DNA of 64,000 nucleotides from contig NIVC01001195.1 of assembly GCA_002269645.1 (NCBI GenBank), positions 1-64,000 on the forward strand, read 5' to 3'. The DNA is from Macrostomum lignano. Taxonomy: Eukaryota. The translations under genes were made by a program, and so were the position numbers. The notes under the pieces are model-generated. The model worked only from the letters and a program-made list of their open reading frames with translations, did not search any database and had not been told where the DNA came from. Each line of letters starts with the position of its first letter. Positions within the stretch are counted from its first letter, which is position 1. This document shows, one piece after another, positions 24,101 through 35,700 of the stretch.

Positions 24101-25924
24101 GAGAACAATAGGGCAACTCCACTCAGATTCTGAGGGCTCAATCAAATCGTGCTCTAATAGCTGCTGCACATGCCCGCTAACAAATTCTCGTTGCTCAGGG
24201 CTTTGCTTGCGCAGGGGAATTCTGACTGGAATTTCGTCGGTGGTTTCAATCTTGAATTCGCCCATCCGGGTCTTTCCGATATCCCACTGATCCTTTGAAA
24301 CTATATTTTGATAACGATGTAATAATTCAATTACTTTTCTCTTCTGAGCCTCACTTAAATCGGTCTCGTTTAAGCGGAATTGATCCCTAAGTCTATCAGC
24401 TTCTTGCACCGTAATTGCTGCCTTCGATTGCTTCTGCGCACCTACTTCTAAATCAGTTTCTGACATTGCGAAAAGTTCTACATCCTCCTTCAGCGGTTGA
24501 TACTGCGCCACTATCTCATCCTTATGAATTGTCTGAGTCTCTTCTGTCAGGTTCATTAATCTAACGTAAGTTTCGCCGAATTCGTCCAATCTAGTAATAG
24601 CTTTAGCTACTAATGGCTCATCTTTCTCGCTAATTTGACTGCGGCCTGAAATGAAGCCGAGTTCTGCAGTCTCTGGAATATCTTTACATTTAGCCTTGAC
24701 ATAAATTTCGCTCATCGGTGCTATAGATACTTTCTTGACTACTTGCAGTAGGACGCAACGCGTTTCATCACTCGTTGTTACAAGCGGAATTCTGCGATCA
24801 CTAAATTCTAAGGATTTTCCTGCTATATCTAATTTAATTTTATGCCTAGTTAACAAGTCGATGCCTATTATTGATGATGTTAGTAAGCCTTCAGCAACAT
24901 AGAATGGGTGCGTAATCTCGCAGTCCCCAAATCTGACGCGCAATGCTACTTGGCCTAATAAATTTGAAGTCTGGCCATTGGCGGATCGCATATTCACTGA
25001 GCATGGCTTCAGACTATGATTGGCTGGATAGAGGCGTTGATATAATTTATTATCAATTAGGCAATTTGAGGCGCCGGTATCAACTAATATTTTTTCGCTT
25101 AGTCCGTTAATCTGGCTATCGAGGAATAATCCTGAATTCACTAATTGGCTAGATATGTCTGCTTCTACGGTCTTCTCTCGCTTCTCTGTTGCTTTCTTTT
25201 CAGCTGCCACATCTCGCTGGATGGCTGTCTCTAACTTCCTTAATTCTTGCTTCATTTCCCTAAGTTCAGCTCTAAGTTCTGCTGTCGTGGCACTCTTGTC
25301 AGGTTCTTCTTTCGTTGATTCTTCTTGGACTTTCTCTACCAAGCATTGGCGCAAGTCCTTCAATTCGGTTCTTAGATCTGATAATTCTTTTACTACCTTA
25401 GATTCGTCTGCTGAAGCTTTCTTTCCTTCTACTTCACTAAGTCGCAAGTCTATGCTGTTTAATGCACTTCTCTGAGCTGCTGCAGCTTCGCTTCGTTTCT
25501 CTAATTCTTCTGTCAACGCCTCTGACTGTCTAGCTAAGCTCGCTGACTTCTGTTTGTCAATTTCTGCTAATCTGCGTTCCTCGTTTGAGCAAATTTTAAC
25601 ATTGACCGCTCTCTGTTTCCTACTATGAGTAGTATCGTTAGTGCGAATAAATTTTACTGTCGCCCTCTGGCGCAGAAAATGCATAATTTCGTAATCAGTT
25701 GCTATATTAGTATTAGTCACATGAAAGAATATATCTCTATTATCGCTATCTCGCAGAAATCCGTAGCCTCTGTAATAATTGTACCAAACTAAGTTGCCAT
25801 ATTCTACATTGACTGAGCTGTCTTGCTGGTCCTCTACTGCTGCAGCTCTTCTATTGGGAGTGAATCGGTTTAATGGCTGGGGGCGGTTGGCCCTCCCTTG
25901 GTGCCGCCCCGTCGGTAGTTTAAA
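21144..25924 (-). CDS. pol: Gypsy-1 Pol: cold-shock-like domain, coiled coil, protease, RT, RNase H, integrase; one apparent 1-nt frameshift at ~23717
   Basis: The frame is open from 25933. Motifs: GNLVWYNYYRGYGF...DIFFH (CSD), LVDTGAS (PR), YLDD (RT), ILDVDA (RH), HDQMAHGG/CTEC, HIDFAG, SDRG (IN). Restoring one G joins ORFs 23711-25720 and 21144-23684 (NLELIFSRLADAGMKIKP). Confidence 0.92.
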
Positions 25925-27104
25925 GAATTTCTTCTAGTTGGACAGTCTCTAGCCAGGTGAGTTTCTTCGCCGCACTCATAACAGGCCTTTCTCGCATTTG
26001 GCGCGTTCGCCCCCGAAGGTTTGAACCTGTCATTGGCCCCTCCGGCCTCGTAACCAAAGCGTGGCGGGCGTGTCATGGCGGGCCTGACAAATGGCGAAGA
26101 CTGCCTATTATAGGGTCTCGAGTAACTGCTCATGTGATGCTGTGGCCGAAAGCTATTCGGAGGCTGCACTGGTGCCTGTGGCCTATAGCTTGGGTTCATT
26201 TGTCTATGGGCAAACCTGGGTTGCCATTGCCTGTAGTCGAACTGAGGCTGATGATTCTGGTACGATTGGTACTGCGAAGGATAGTTGCTCGGGAAGCAAA
26301 CTGAGGTCCAAATGACTGGTGGCCTTGCCCCGTGCTGGGTGCTGCTACAGGCGTCTGTTCCTTCCCTACTTGAGCCGTTAACGTATTTGAGCCCTCTTGC
26401 TTCCTTCTATTCTTTTGGCTACCTGGGTTTGCGAGTTCTTCGAGGATCTCCTCATTCTTAGCTGCAGTCAATAAATCTTGAGTCTGATACTTCGATTCAT
26501 GGGTTCTACGATAGGCAATAACTGCGCGCCTGACTTTATAATTTGCTATGCCGGCTTCAAATCGTTCAGAAACTCGCTCTCGAGCCTGATTCTCTAGTCC
26601 TGCTTTCCTAACTAATTCAACTAGTGCGTCGTAAAATTCTTCTAACGATTCGTCTTCCTTCTGCCTGCGGTTCATCAGCTCTAGCTTCGCTTCTTCTTTC
26701 TGTCCAACGGGCTTAAATTTGTCTTTTAAAGTCTTTTCGATACTTCCGAAAGATTCGGTGCTCGCTAGGCCTAAGTTAATGTAAACCTTATAGGCGTCTT
26801 CGTCTAGGAGCGACAATAGTTGATACACTTTAGCCGATTCGTCTATACTGTTGCCTTGACAGTAGTTGTGAAAGATTCTTAGAAACAATTCGAAATCTGA
26901 GCCAAGTCGGTATGGCTTGGGCTTTGCTACGCTGTTATGCGACTTCAAAATCACTCTAGGTTCAGGATTTTCGGTTTCCATTCTTCTTATGCGATCCTGC
27001 AGTTCTCTCACTACTGTTCTCAAATGTTCGGCCTCATCTACTTCGCCTTCGTTCCTAATCTCAGCTGACTCCGATTCTTGACTATTTTCTCCGTCTTGCG
27101 CCAT
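25870..27104 (-). CDS. gag: Gypsy-1 Gag with CX2CX4HX4C knuckle; apparent 1-nt frameshift at ~26291
   Basis: Retrotransposon gag-type helices (QLLSLLDEDA, RRQKEDESLEEFYDAL) and the knuckle CYECGEETHLARDC. Adding one C in the CCC run joins the two ORFs. Confidence 0.88.
25879..25924 (-). promoter_or_regulatory. -1 programmed ribosomal frameshift signal (U UUA AAC + GC stem)
   Basis: The heptamer is in the gag frame (tct tta aac) and a -1 shift gives the pol frame (ttt aaa cta). The stem GGGGCGG/CCGCCCC begins 7 nt downstream. Confidence 0.8.
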
Positions 27105-27608
27105 GCTAAGTTTTAATCAATTGGAATTTCTATTACTGCAACTTCAGAAAGTACAACTTGTAGGCTATAACAATTTCAATAATCTAGCTTTTATTTTATC
27201 TAATGAGCGGAATCGTTTACCTCGCTCGCACTGGCAATAACTGATAAGAAAAACTGAATGTACACTGAGACAAATTCAACCAATGTACTCTCTAGTGCGC
27301 GCACTCGCAGACTATGCTAATAAACACTAATAAAATTTTCAACTGTAAACAAAATCTACTTTCACACGCAAGTTTCTATTAAAGTGCTAATTTTAGTTTT
27401 AGAAGGTCAATTTTATTTTTCCCACTCCTAAATCCTATTCAGTATTTTGGGGTAACTGGCCAACCGCAAAACCACACCTAATGCGGAATTGCTGCACACT
27501 GCGTGGTTGACGAAATAGCCGCTACGAGCCTGGAACAGACTCGTTGAGTTTTAGTCTAAGCTTGCTCACTTAGAGCGCCTACCAATAAACTGCCGCCTGC
27601 TAACTATT

Positions 27609-27625
27609 GGATTCCCAGGGCTCCA
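27609..27625 (-). other. Gypsy-1 primer binding site (cognate tRNA not identified)
   Basis: TGGAGCCCTGGGAATCC begins 2 nt inside the 5' LTR end. Confidence 0.7.
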
Positions 27626-27627
27626 CT

Positions 27628-28810
27628 TGTGATAAATAGGCAATTAGATAATAGCATGCACGGTGAGCAATTATTTAGGCCCTAGACAAACCTACTTGGA
27701 GCGTTTGGAGATTTTAAAGCTATTAATCCTAATCGCCTATCGCCGGTCGGCGAGTCCTACCAGTCTTTCTCCAATAGCCGCAGGTACAGTACAAGAAAAG
27801 AAAGAACACGAGGGAACACAAACCGAAAGATTTAGAGAGTGATAATCCTATGTGATACAACTGATAATTGGCTAGACGATTTAATTCGGTTATACAAGTT
27901 ACAGGATTCAAGCAATTCGCGACGCAGATAATTAGACTGATGATAACGAATAATAACGATTAATAATAATAATTATATTACGCACTGACAAGCGGATCTC
28001 AGCTCGAAGAAGAAGAAGGAGAACCGAACACGACCACGGAGAAGACTCCTAACCCCTGGCCTAAGCCAGAACCTACACTCAAACGAGAGCCCTGCCGAAC
28101 CGACCGTTCAACGGAGTACCGACTAAATTCTATCGGCACTGCCCTTCAGTGTAACACTGAGGCCCTCGGGGTCGAGGCCGCGTACTTGATCAGATCCGAC
28201 AGTCTCTAACTAACCGCGCTTGATAGCGACGACTTCAGACAGAAATTTGCCGTAGACGTTACGCCACAAGACTACTGCGGTTGGGCGGGAACAAAAATAC
28301 GGACCGGGGGTGATGAAATCAGGCGCCTCAAAGCGCGAACCAACGAGAGGAGAAAATCGGGCCACCGGCCGGGAAGCTGGACAAGACAAAACCGGGGAAA
28401 GGGAGCAATCGAGATCCGATTGCCAAACACACATTCATATATAGTCAGAGTCGCAACCCCTCAAAACCCCCCTCAAGCCGGGTGGTGGTCGTCTGGCCGG
28501 CCGCTTGCTAAGCCGAATTGCACTGTGCCCGCGGCGCCGGGTAGAATTGAAACTTGCCGCGTGCCAGGGTCCAGGCCGGTTCTGATTGGCTGACCGCGCA
28601 AAGCTGGGGTTCGCAGACAAACTCAACCCTCCGCTGAGTCACAAATGGCGTCTAACTCTAACCTGTTTACGCAAAATTGATTCCAACTAACAAGGAAAAA
28701 GTACACCAAAAACGTATGACTAAACTAAAGCAAAATAACAATTCAATAACAATATAGAAACTAATGCAGTCAATTTACAACAAAATACACGCAAAGATGC
28801 TCACACTACA
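27628..28810 (-). repeat. Gypsy-1 5' LTR
   Basis: Direct repeat of 18259-19446. Confidence 0.95.
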
Positions 28811-29043
28811 GAGTGTCGTCCAAGATGTGGCTGGAGAACGTGGAGTTCGCGAGCGTGCAGCAGAGACTCACGTGGCTGGTCAGGCTCAAGCGGAGTGTCC
28901 GGAAGAGAGAAAACGCTGCTCGAATCCTACAACTGCGACTCCACGGGGAATCGGGGTGCGGCGTTCTGGAACGGCTGGACTGGTGGATGGGGCCTGTACT
29001 TCTTCAGGGTAGCTTCATCCTTGTTTGAGTACTACACGCCTTC
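28811..29043 (+). pseudogene. PAN-LamG copy D, 3' half, truncated
   Basis: Resumes exactly at the TSD (gagtgtcgtccaagatg), is frameshifted near 28905, and homology stops after FEYYTPS. Confidence 0.9.
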
Positions 29044-29198
29044 TTTTTTCTGTAAACAAGCTGCAGAAAGGTCTTCTGGAATAAGCAGGGCGTTGCAGAT
29101 AGGAAAGCTTCTGGTGAATAAGCGAAGCTTCCATCAGATAGGCATTTTTCTTGCTGCAAGTTATCTAAGATCTTGAGAGGCTAGAGTTGACAGGATTA

Positions 29199-30409
29199 CA
29201 CCATTTTACCTCATATTTTGAACAAAGTCTTGTTCAAAAGAAACAAGCAGAACTTCAATTCAAACACTTTAAGAAATATCAGCCCTTGCGGAAGTTCAAT
29301 TCAAACAAAGTCCCTTTCTATTGAAACAGAACTTCAATTCTGACTGTCTGTGGCCAAAATTGTCCCGAGTGACGCGCATGCGCAGAATTGAAATTCAAAA
29401 TAAACAAAGTCACCTTCTATTTCGACAGAGATTTTTGCAGATAGGTACAAGTACATTTTAGTACATTAATCTAACTTTTTGTTTTTCCTGTACTGCATAC
29501 TGTACAATCGTTGCGCAATAAGAAACGATATGAATGCTGAAGATCAGATTGAAGAAAACGATGAATTGCTGGAAGAAGATGGAATCGATGAATTTGAAGC
29601 AGAATTCGATAAAGATATCATGGAAAAGCAGCCTCGGCAGTGCGCTATTGTTTAAGCAACAGTGACAGAGACCGTATCATCAGGGCTGCTGATTGTTGGG
29701 ATGACTTGTGGAACTGGCGCGCCAACTTGGAGTCAAGAGGTCAACAGCGAACACGACTGTGAGGTCAGGGAGAGCGGAAAAGCAGCCTACGAGATTCCGG
29801 ACACAATTCAGGTCAAGCGGCTTCCATCATACAGTCCATTTTTGAGTCCTGTGGAGAACTCAATCTCCTGTTGGAAAGACACTCTGAAGAAAAAACTGGC
29901 AGCAGACCAGCAAAATTTCATCACTCCGATAGCTGAGCAGCACGGCAATCAGTCAATGGCGGCCTATCGGCGAGACATTCTGTACAACATGGTGGACAGA
30001 ACCATTGGCTGCATCTCTGTGGACAAATGCATTGAGTGGTTTAACCGTGTGTTTACATACGTACCTCGCTGCGTTGGTGGACAGGCAATTGATGGTTAGT
30101 TGGCCAACTGACACCGTCTTGTTCCTGTTTTTTCATTTTACTCTTATGTTCGTCGATATGCTGTATTTTATCCCTTTGTCGAAAAAGAAGGTGACTTTGT
30201 TTCTTTTGAATTTCAAATCTGCGCATGCGTGTAACTCGGGGACAATTTTGGCCACAGACAGTCTGAATTGAAGTTCTTCTGTTTCAATAGAAAAGGACTT
30301 TGTTTGAATTGAACTTCCGCAAGGGCTGATATTTCTTAAAGTGTTTGAATTGAAGTTCTGCTTGTTTCTTTTGAACAAGACTTTGTTCAAAATATGAGGT
30401 AAAATGGTG
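29199..30409 (+). mobile_element. Tc1/IS630-like deletion derivative with ~220-bp TIRs
   Basis: TA on both sides; TIR caccattttacctcatattttgaacaaag / ctttgttcaaaatatgaggtaaaatggtg; internal LPSYSPFLSPVEN motif. Confidence 0.9.
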
Positions 30410-30444
30410 TACAACGAACGCAGGTAAACTCATTCAAGCAGATT

Positions 30445-31653
30445 ACCACTCCCCAGCTGCACCAACCCCACCACTCCCCAGCTGCACCAACCCCACCACT
30501 CCCCAGCTGCACCAACCCCACCACTCCCCAGCTGCACCAACCCCACCACTCCCCAGCTGCACCAACCCCACCACTCCCTAGCTGCACCAACCCCACTACT
30601 CCCCAGCTGCACCAACCCCACTACTCCCCAGCTGCACCACCCCACCACTCCCCAGCTGCACCAACCCCACCACTCCCCAGCTGCACCAACCCCACCACTC
30701 CCCAGCTGCACCAACCCCACTACTCCCCAGCTGCACCACCCCACTACTCCCCAGCTGCACCAACCCCACCACTCCCCAGCTGCACCAACCCCACCACTCC
30801 CCAGCTGCACCAACCGCACTACTCCCCAGCTGCACCAACCCCACCACTCCCCAGCTGCACCAACCCCACCACTCCCCAGCTGCACCAACCCCACCACTCC
30901 CTAGCTGCACCAACCCCACTACTCCCCAGCTGCACCAACCCCACTACTCCCCAGCTGCACCACCCCACCACTCCCCAGCTGCACCAACCCCACCACTCCC
31001 CAGCTGCACCAACCCCACCACTCCCCAGCTGCACCAACCCCACTACTCCCCAGCTGCACCACCCCACTACTCCCCAGCTGCACCAACCCCACCACTCCCC
31101 AGCTGCACCAACCCCACCACTCCCCAGCTGCACCAACCGCACTACTTCCCAGCTGCACCAACCCCACTACTTCCCAGCTGCACCAACCCCACCACTCCCC
31201 AGCTGCACCAACCCCACCACTCCCCAGCTGCACCAACCCCACCACTCCCAGCTGCACCAACCCCACCACTCCCAGCTGCACCAACCCCACTACTCCCCAG
31301 CTGCACCACCCCACTACTCCCCAGCTGCACCAACCCCACCACTCCCCAGCTGCACCAACCCCACTACTCCCCAGCTGCACCACCCCACTACTCCCCAGCT
31401 GCACCAACCCCACCACTCCCCAGCTGCACCAACCCCACCACTCCCCAGCTGCACCAACCGCACTACTTCCCAGCTGCACCAACCCCACCACTCCCCAGCT
31501 GCACCAACCCCACCACTCCCCAGCTGCACCAACCCCACCACTCCCCAGCTGCACCAACCCCACCACTCCCCAGCTGCACCAACCCCACTACTTCCCAGCT
31601 GCACCAACCCCACCACTCCCCAGCTGCACCAACCCCACCACTCCCCAGCTGCA
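30445..31653. repeat. Minisatellite, 25-nt unit (ccccagctgcaccaaccccaccact)
   Basis: About 1.2 kb of tandem units. Confidence 0.97.
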
Positions 31654-32104
31654 TGAATTATTTATAGCACAAACTTCTCATAACCAATGGCCTATAAATT
31701 TGGCAAAACCGTTCTGTGATTTGATCTGCAGATATTTTTGTTAAAGCACTGCATCAAGCAGGACTTCTTTACAGACTACAAAATCGTTTAAAGAGCGTGT
31801 AAACTGAAATATGCAAGCCATCGGCTCGTGTCAGGTTTGTGGCTTTGCCTTAACAATGCGAACGAAAACGAATGCAAAATATTTATTTAAAATTTCTCAA
31901 TGCATAATATATTCTACAGGCAAAGAGCTACCTTGAAAACACTCGTACTTTGTTAAACATCATAATTTTAGTGTTGTTGAGGCTAGCAGCAAACTTTATT
32001 GGTGGACAGCAAGTAAAAAGTCAAAAATGCTTTGGAAACAAACCTATCCATGCTCAGTGACTGAGCGGCACCTCATCTACAGAACTCGGTGACACCTCAC
32101 ACGG

Positions 32105-32725
32105 TTACCCGATTCACGCGCATCACGCTGGCCTCATTCACGCGCATCACACTGATCTCATTTACGCGCATCTCACTTATTTCATTCACGCGCATCACAC
32201 TGACCCCATTCACGCGCATCACACTGACCCCATTCACGCGCATCTCACTTATTTCATTCACGCGCATCACACTGACCCCATTCACGCGCATCACACTGAC
32301 CTCATTCACGCGCATCTCACTTATTCCATTCACGCGCATCACACTGACCCCATTCACGCGCATCTCACTTATTCCATTCACGCGCATCACACTGACCCCA
32401 TTCACGCGCATCACACTGACCCCATTCACGCGCATCTCACTTATTTCATTCACGCGCATCACACTGACCTCATTCACGCGCATCTCACTTATTTCATTCA
32501 CGCGCATCACACTGACCCCATTCACGCGCATCTCACTTATTTCATTCACGCGCATCACACTGACCTCATTCACGCGCATCACACTGACCTCATCCACGCG
32601 CATCACACTGACCTCATTCACGTGCATCACACTGACCTCATTCACGTGCATCACACTGACCTCATTTACGCGCATCACACTGACCTCATTCACGTGCATC
32701 ACACTGACCTCATTCACGCGCATCA
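32105..32725. repeat. Minisatellite, 24-nt unit (ttcacgcgcatcacactgacccca), abutting the ECSIT stop
   Basis: Tandem units; gives the artefactual FTRITLTP repeats in the ORF track. Confidence 0.95.
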
Positions 32726-35700
32726 GACTGGCTGCTATCCCCACCCTGTCCGGATGCCGCAGCATCCGGTCCATCAGCTGCATCGCCGTCTCCGTCGCTC
32801 GGCCGCAGCTGCAGCACCACGGCGGCCCGCTGCAGCGCCTCGTTGCCGGGCTCGGCGGCCAGCAGGCGGACCCAGCGGAGCAGCAGGTCGGCGCCGCCTG
32901 AGCTGCTGGCGATGGCCAAGGACAGCACGGTGCAGTCGGGCAGCTCGTGCTCGCTGGGCGCCCTCGCCAACTCGCCATCCGGCTGATCCTCATCGCCGCG
33001 GTCGCCATCGCCGTCGTCTGCGCAGCGAAGTCGCCGCCACCAGGTGAAATCCTCTTCCATCAGGCGAGGTCGAAGTTTCTGCGGAGTCTCAGCAGCAGCG
33101 GCCGCCGTCGCTTCTTTGCGGGCAGCGCTGCGTTAGAGAAGGAAGATTTGGTGCGCTTTTAATTTATTTTCGATACATATCGGCAAGGGATATCCCAGCT
33201 AACTGCATTGGTAAATGGCAGGATTTAAACAAACATTTCGACACATATCGGTAGAGAGTATCTGAGCTAACTGGATTAGTAAGTTGCAGGATTTAAACAA
33301 AAATTTTGATACATATCGGCAGAGAGTATCTGAGCTAGCTGCATTAGTAAATTGCAGGATATAAACTAACATTTCGATACACCCTATTAAGGTAGTTAAT
33401 AAATAAGAACTCACATCTCCCTGGCCAGCGGGGTGGGATCAGCTGACAGAGCATAGTAGCTGAGCCGGTGCTCCCCGAACCAGACCCAGTTGGGCCCGTC
33501 CAAATACACGTGCGCCCCGGCAGCCATGTCAGTCAGCAGCTGTTGCTGGGCGGGCGCCTGAGCACTGGCCACAAACAGGTCGCTGCCGGGCGGGCCGTCC
33601 ATGCTGTAAGTGGTTACCCGGGTCTCCGGGTCCGGGCACATGCGGCGCAGCGCCCTGACCGCCAGATCCCTGTTGGAGTTCCGGTTCACCGGTTTCGTTT
33701 AGATTGATCAGGTGCGGTTTTACGGGATCTATCTGGACCTTGTTTTGGATTCGCAAACGGCTGCGGGAATCCTGGTAGAAAGCCTTCGGCGACTGTCCCA
33801 CAGCCAGAGCCGAAGGCAATTCTACCCAGTCCGCTGACCCGTGAGCACATGCAACTGCACCAATACTGTACGCAGGCGCACACTCTCACACACGCTCACA
33901 GGGTGCACAGCCGCCCTGGATTTCTAATCGTCAGGCATGTACACTCTTTGTCCAGGCATGACCAGAGGTCCATGGCGCAAGAGTCAGACGCGTTTACAAC
34001 TGAGCTGCCCTGCCCTCTATTCATGATGATATGATTAAAGTTGCGTATTAATAAGTTTTTTTCGACCTCAGCGGTCAGTCATTCCTGTCTATGGCTTTTT
34101 CCATAACTTTCTCTTTCTATATGCAACATGGCGTTGCGACGCGGGAGATGGAGCTCCACACCATCTTCTACTTCAAGAAGTGCAAGCCTTGCAGCGGAAG
34201 GGGAAGTCTAAGACTGATATTCGACCTAGAGACGCAGCGCCATCTGACCTCCATCATCTCGAGCTTGGCCGACACAAATTTGTGCTCAATAGCACACAAA
34301 AGAAACGACTGCAACTCTGCAAACTGCGGACTGCCCTCAGGGTCGAGACTACTAAAAAATTAATCTGCATGGCCTGACAGAAAAGATTAAAAATAACTCG
34401 GATATTAAAAGAATGTCAGGTTGAAAGAAACTTTCGAGATGCCGCGGTCACTGCCAAGAGTACCAGCTACGCGAGAGTCATCCAAGAAGAAGTGTGCAAT
34501 CATGACTGGAGAGCAGCAGGTCTAATCTCTAAGAAGTCCACGAATCTCCAAGACCGCGAAGGCGAATCAGCTACAAAGCGATTCACAATGCTCAATCCTG
34601 AGAATCGTCCAGACGGCATTGGAGAACGTGCAGATTTTACAAAGCGATTCACAATGCTCAATCCTGAGAATCGTCCAGACGGCATTGGAGAATGTGCAGA
34701 TTTTACAAAGCGATTCACAATGCTCAATCCTGAGAATCGTCCCAGACGGCATTGGAGAATGTGCAGATTTTACAAAGCGATTCACAATGCTCAATCCTGA
34801 GAATCGTCCAGACGGCATTTGGAGAACGTGCAGATTTTACAAAGCGATTCACAATGCTCAATCCTGAGAATCGTCCAGACGGCATTTGGAGAACGTGCAG
34901 ATTTTACAAAGCGATTCACAATGCTCAATCCTGAGAATCGTCCAGACGGCATTTGGAGAACGTGCAGATTTTACAAAGCGATTCACAATGCTCAATCCTG
35001 AGAATCGTCCAGACGGCATTTGGAGAACGTGCAGATTTTACAAAGCGATTCACAATGCTCAATCCTGAGAATCGATCGTCCAGAAGGCATTCGGAGAACG
35101 AGCAGATTTTGTGGACGTCAACTATCGACCCAGATGTGAGCACAGTCTCGCTAGTAACTCAGAATCAACTTAAAACGGTTGGCATCCAAGCAATAAGCCA
35201 GTTTGTTTAGCTGCGCTTTGTAAATGCAATATCCGAAAAAGTCCTAGGCGAAACCTGACGAATCGATTGGGAAGTGATTGCAGTGAAAAGCGAAGTATTT
35301 GCGATGCGAAACACAAAACAATCTAAATAAAGAAGCAATGCGCAAGCAAGAACGCAACGTAACACGCATTGTCTCGTTCCATAGGCAATAACCGGTATTC
35401 AGAATCTATGTAGGACGACAGCACAGTATTTTCTAGTCTCGAATCGTGCTAATACAATAATAGTACTGAAGTAACGCTTTGCGAGTAGGGGGACAAAATC
35501 TTTAAAACTAATATTTGAGTACATTATTTATTGCATAATGTACTTCCGCTCTAAGCCTGTGCAGCGTTGGAGTATAGGTTGTGTTATGCGTACACTTTGG
35601 ACTATTTTTAGAATTGTGCCATCTGCACTGGCGTACGTGACACATACATCCGTGACTCACACATCCATGACTCATTCCTCCGTGACTCATACATCCGAGA

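Larger units (their letters stand above)
18259..28810 (-). mobile_element. Full-length Ty3/Gypsy LTR retrotransposon (Gypsy-1)
   Basis: Two near-identical TG..CA LTRs, TSD GAGT (18255-18258 and 28811-28814), PBS and PPT, gag with CCHC, and pol in PR-RT-RH-IN order. Confidence 0.97.

Noticed and set aside
30387-32901. Repetitive ORFs (WCSWGVV, FTRITLT) and similar ORFs at 1768-2193, 36293-36838, 38788-39205, 42816-43328, 46545-47084, 59204-59805
   Set aside because: They are translations of minisatellites that happen to lack stop codons
34562-35075. CRISPR-like appearance of the 67-nt array (also 57950-58390 and 478-836)
   Set aside because: Units are head to tail with no unique spacers, there are no cas genes, and the context is eukaryotic introns
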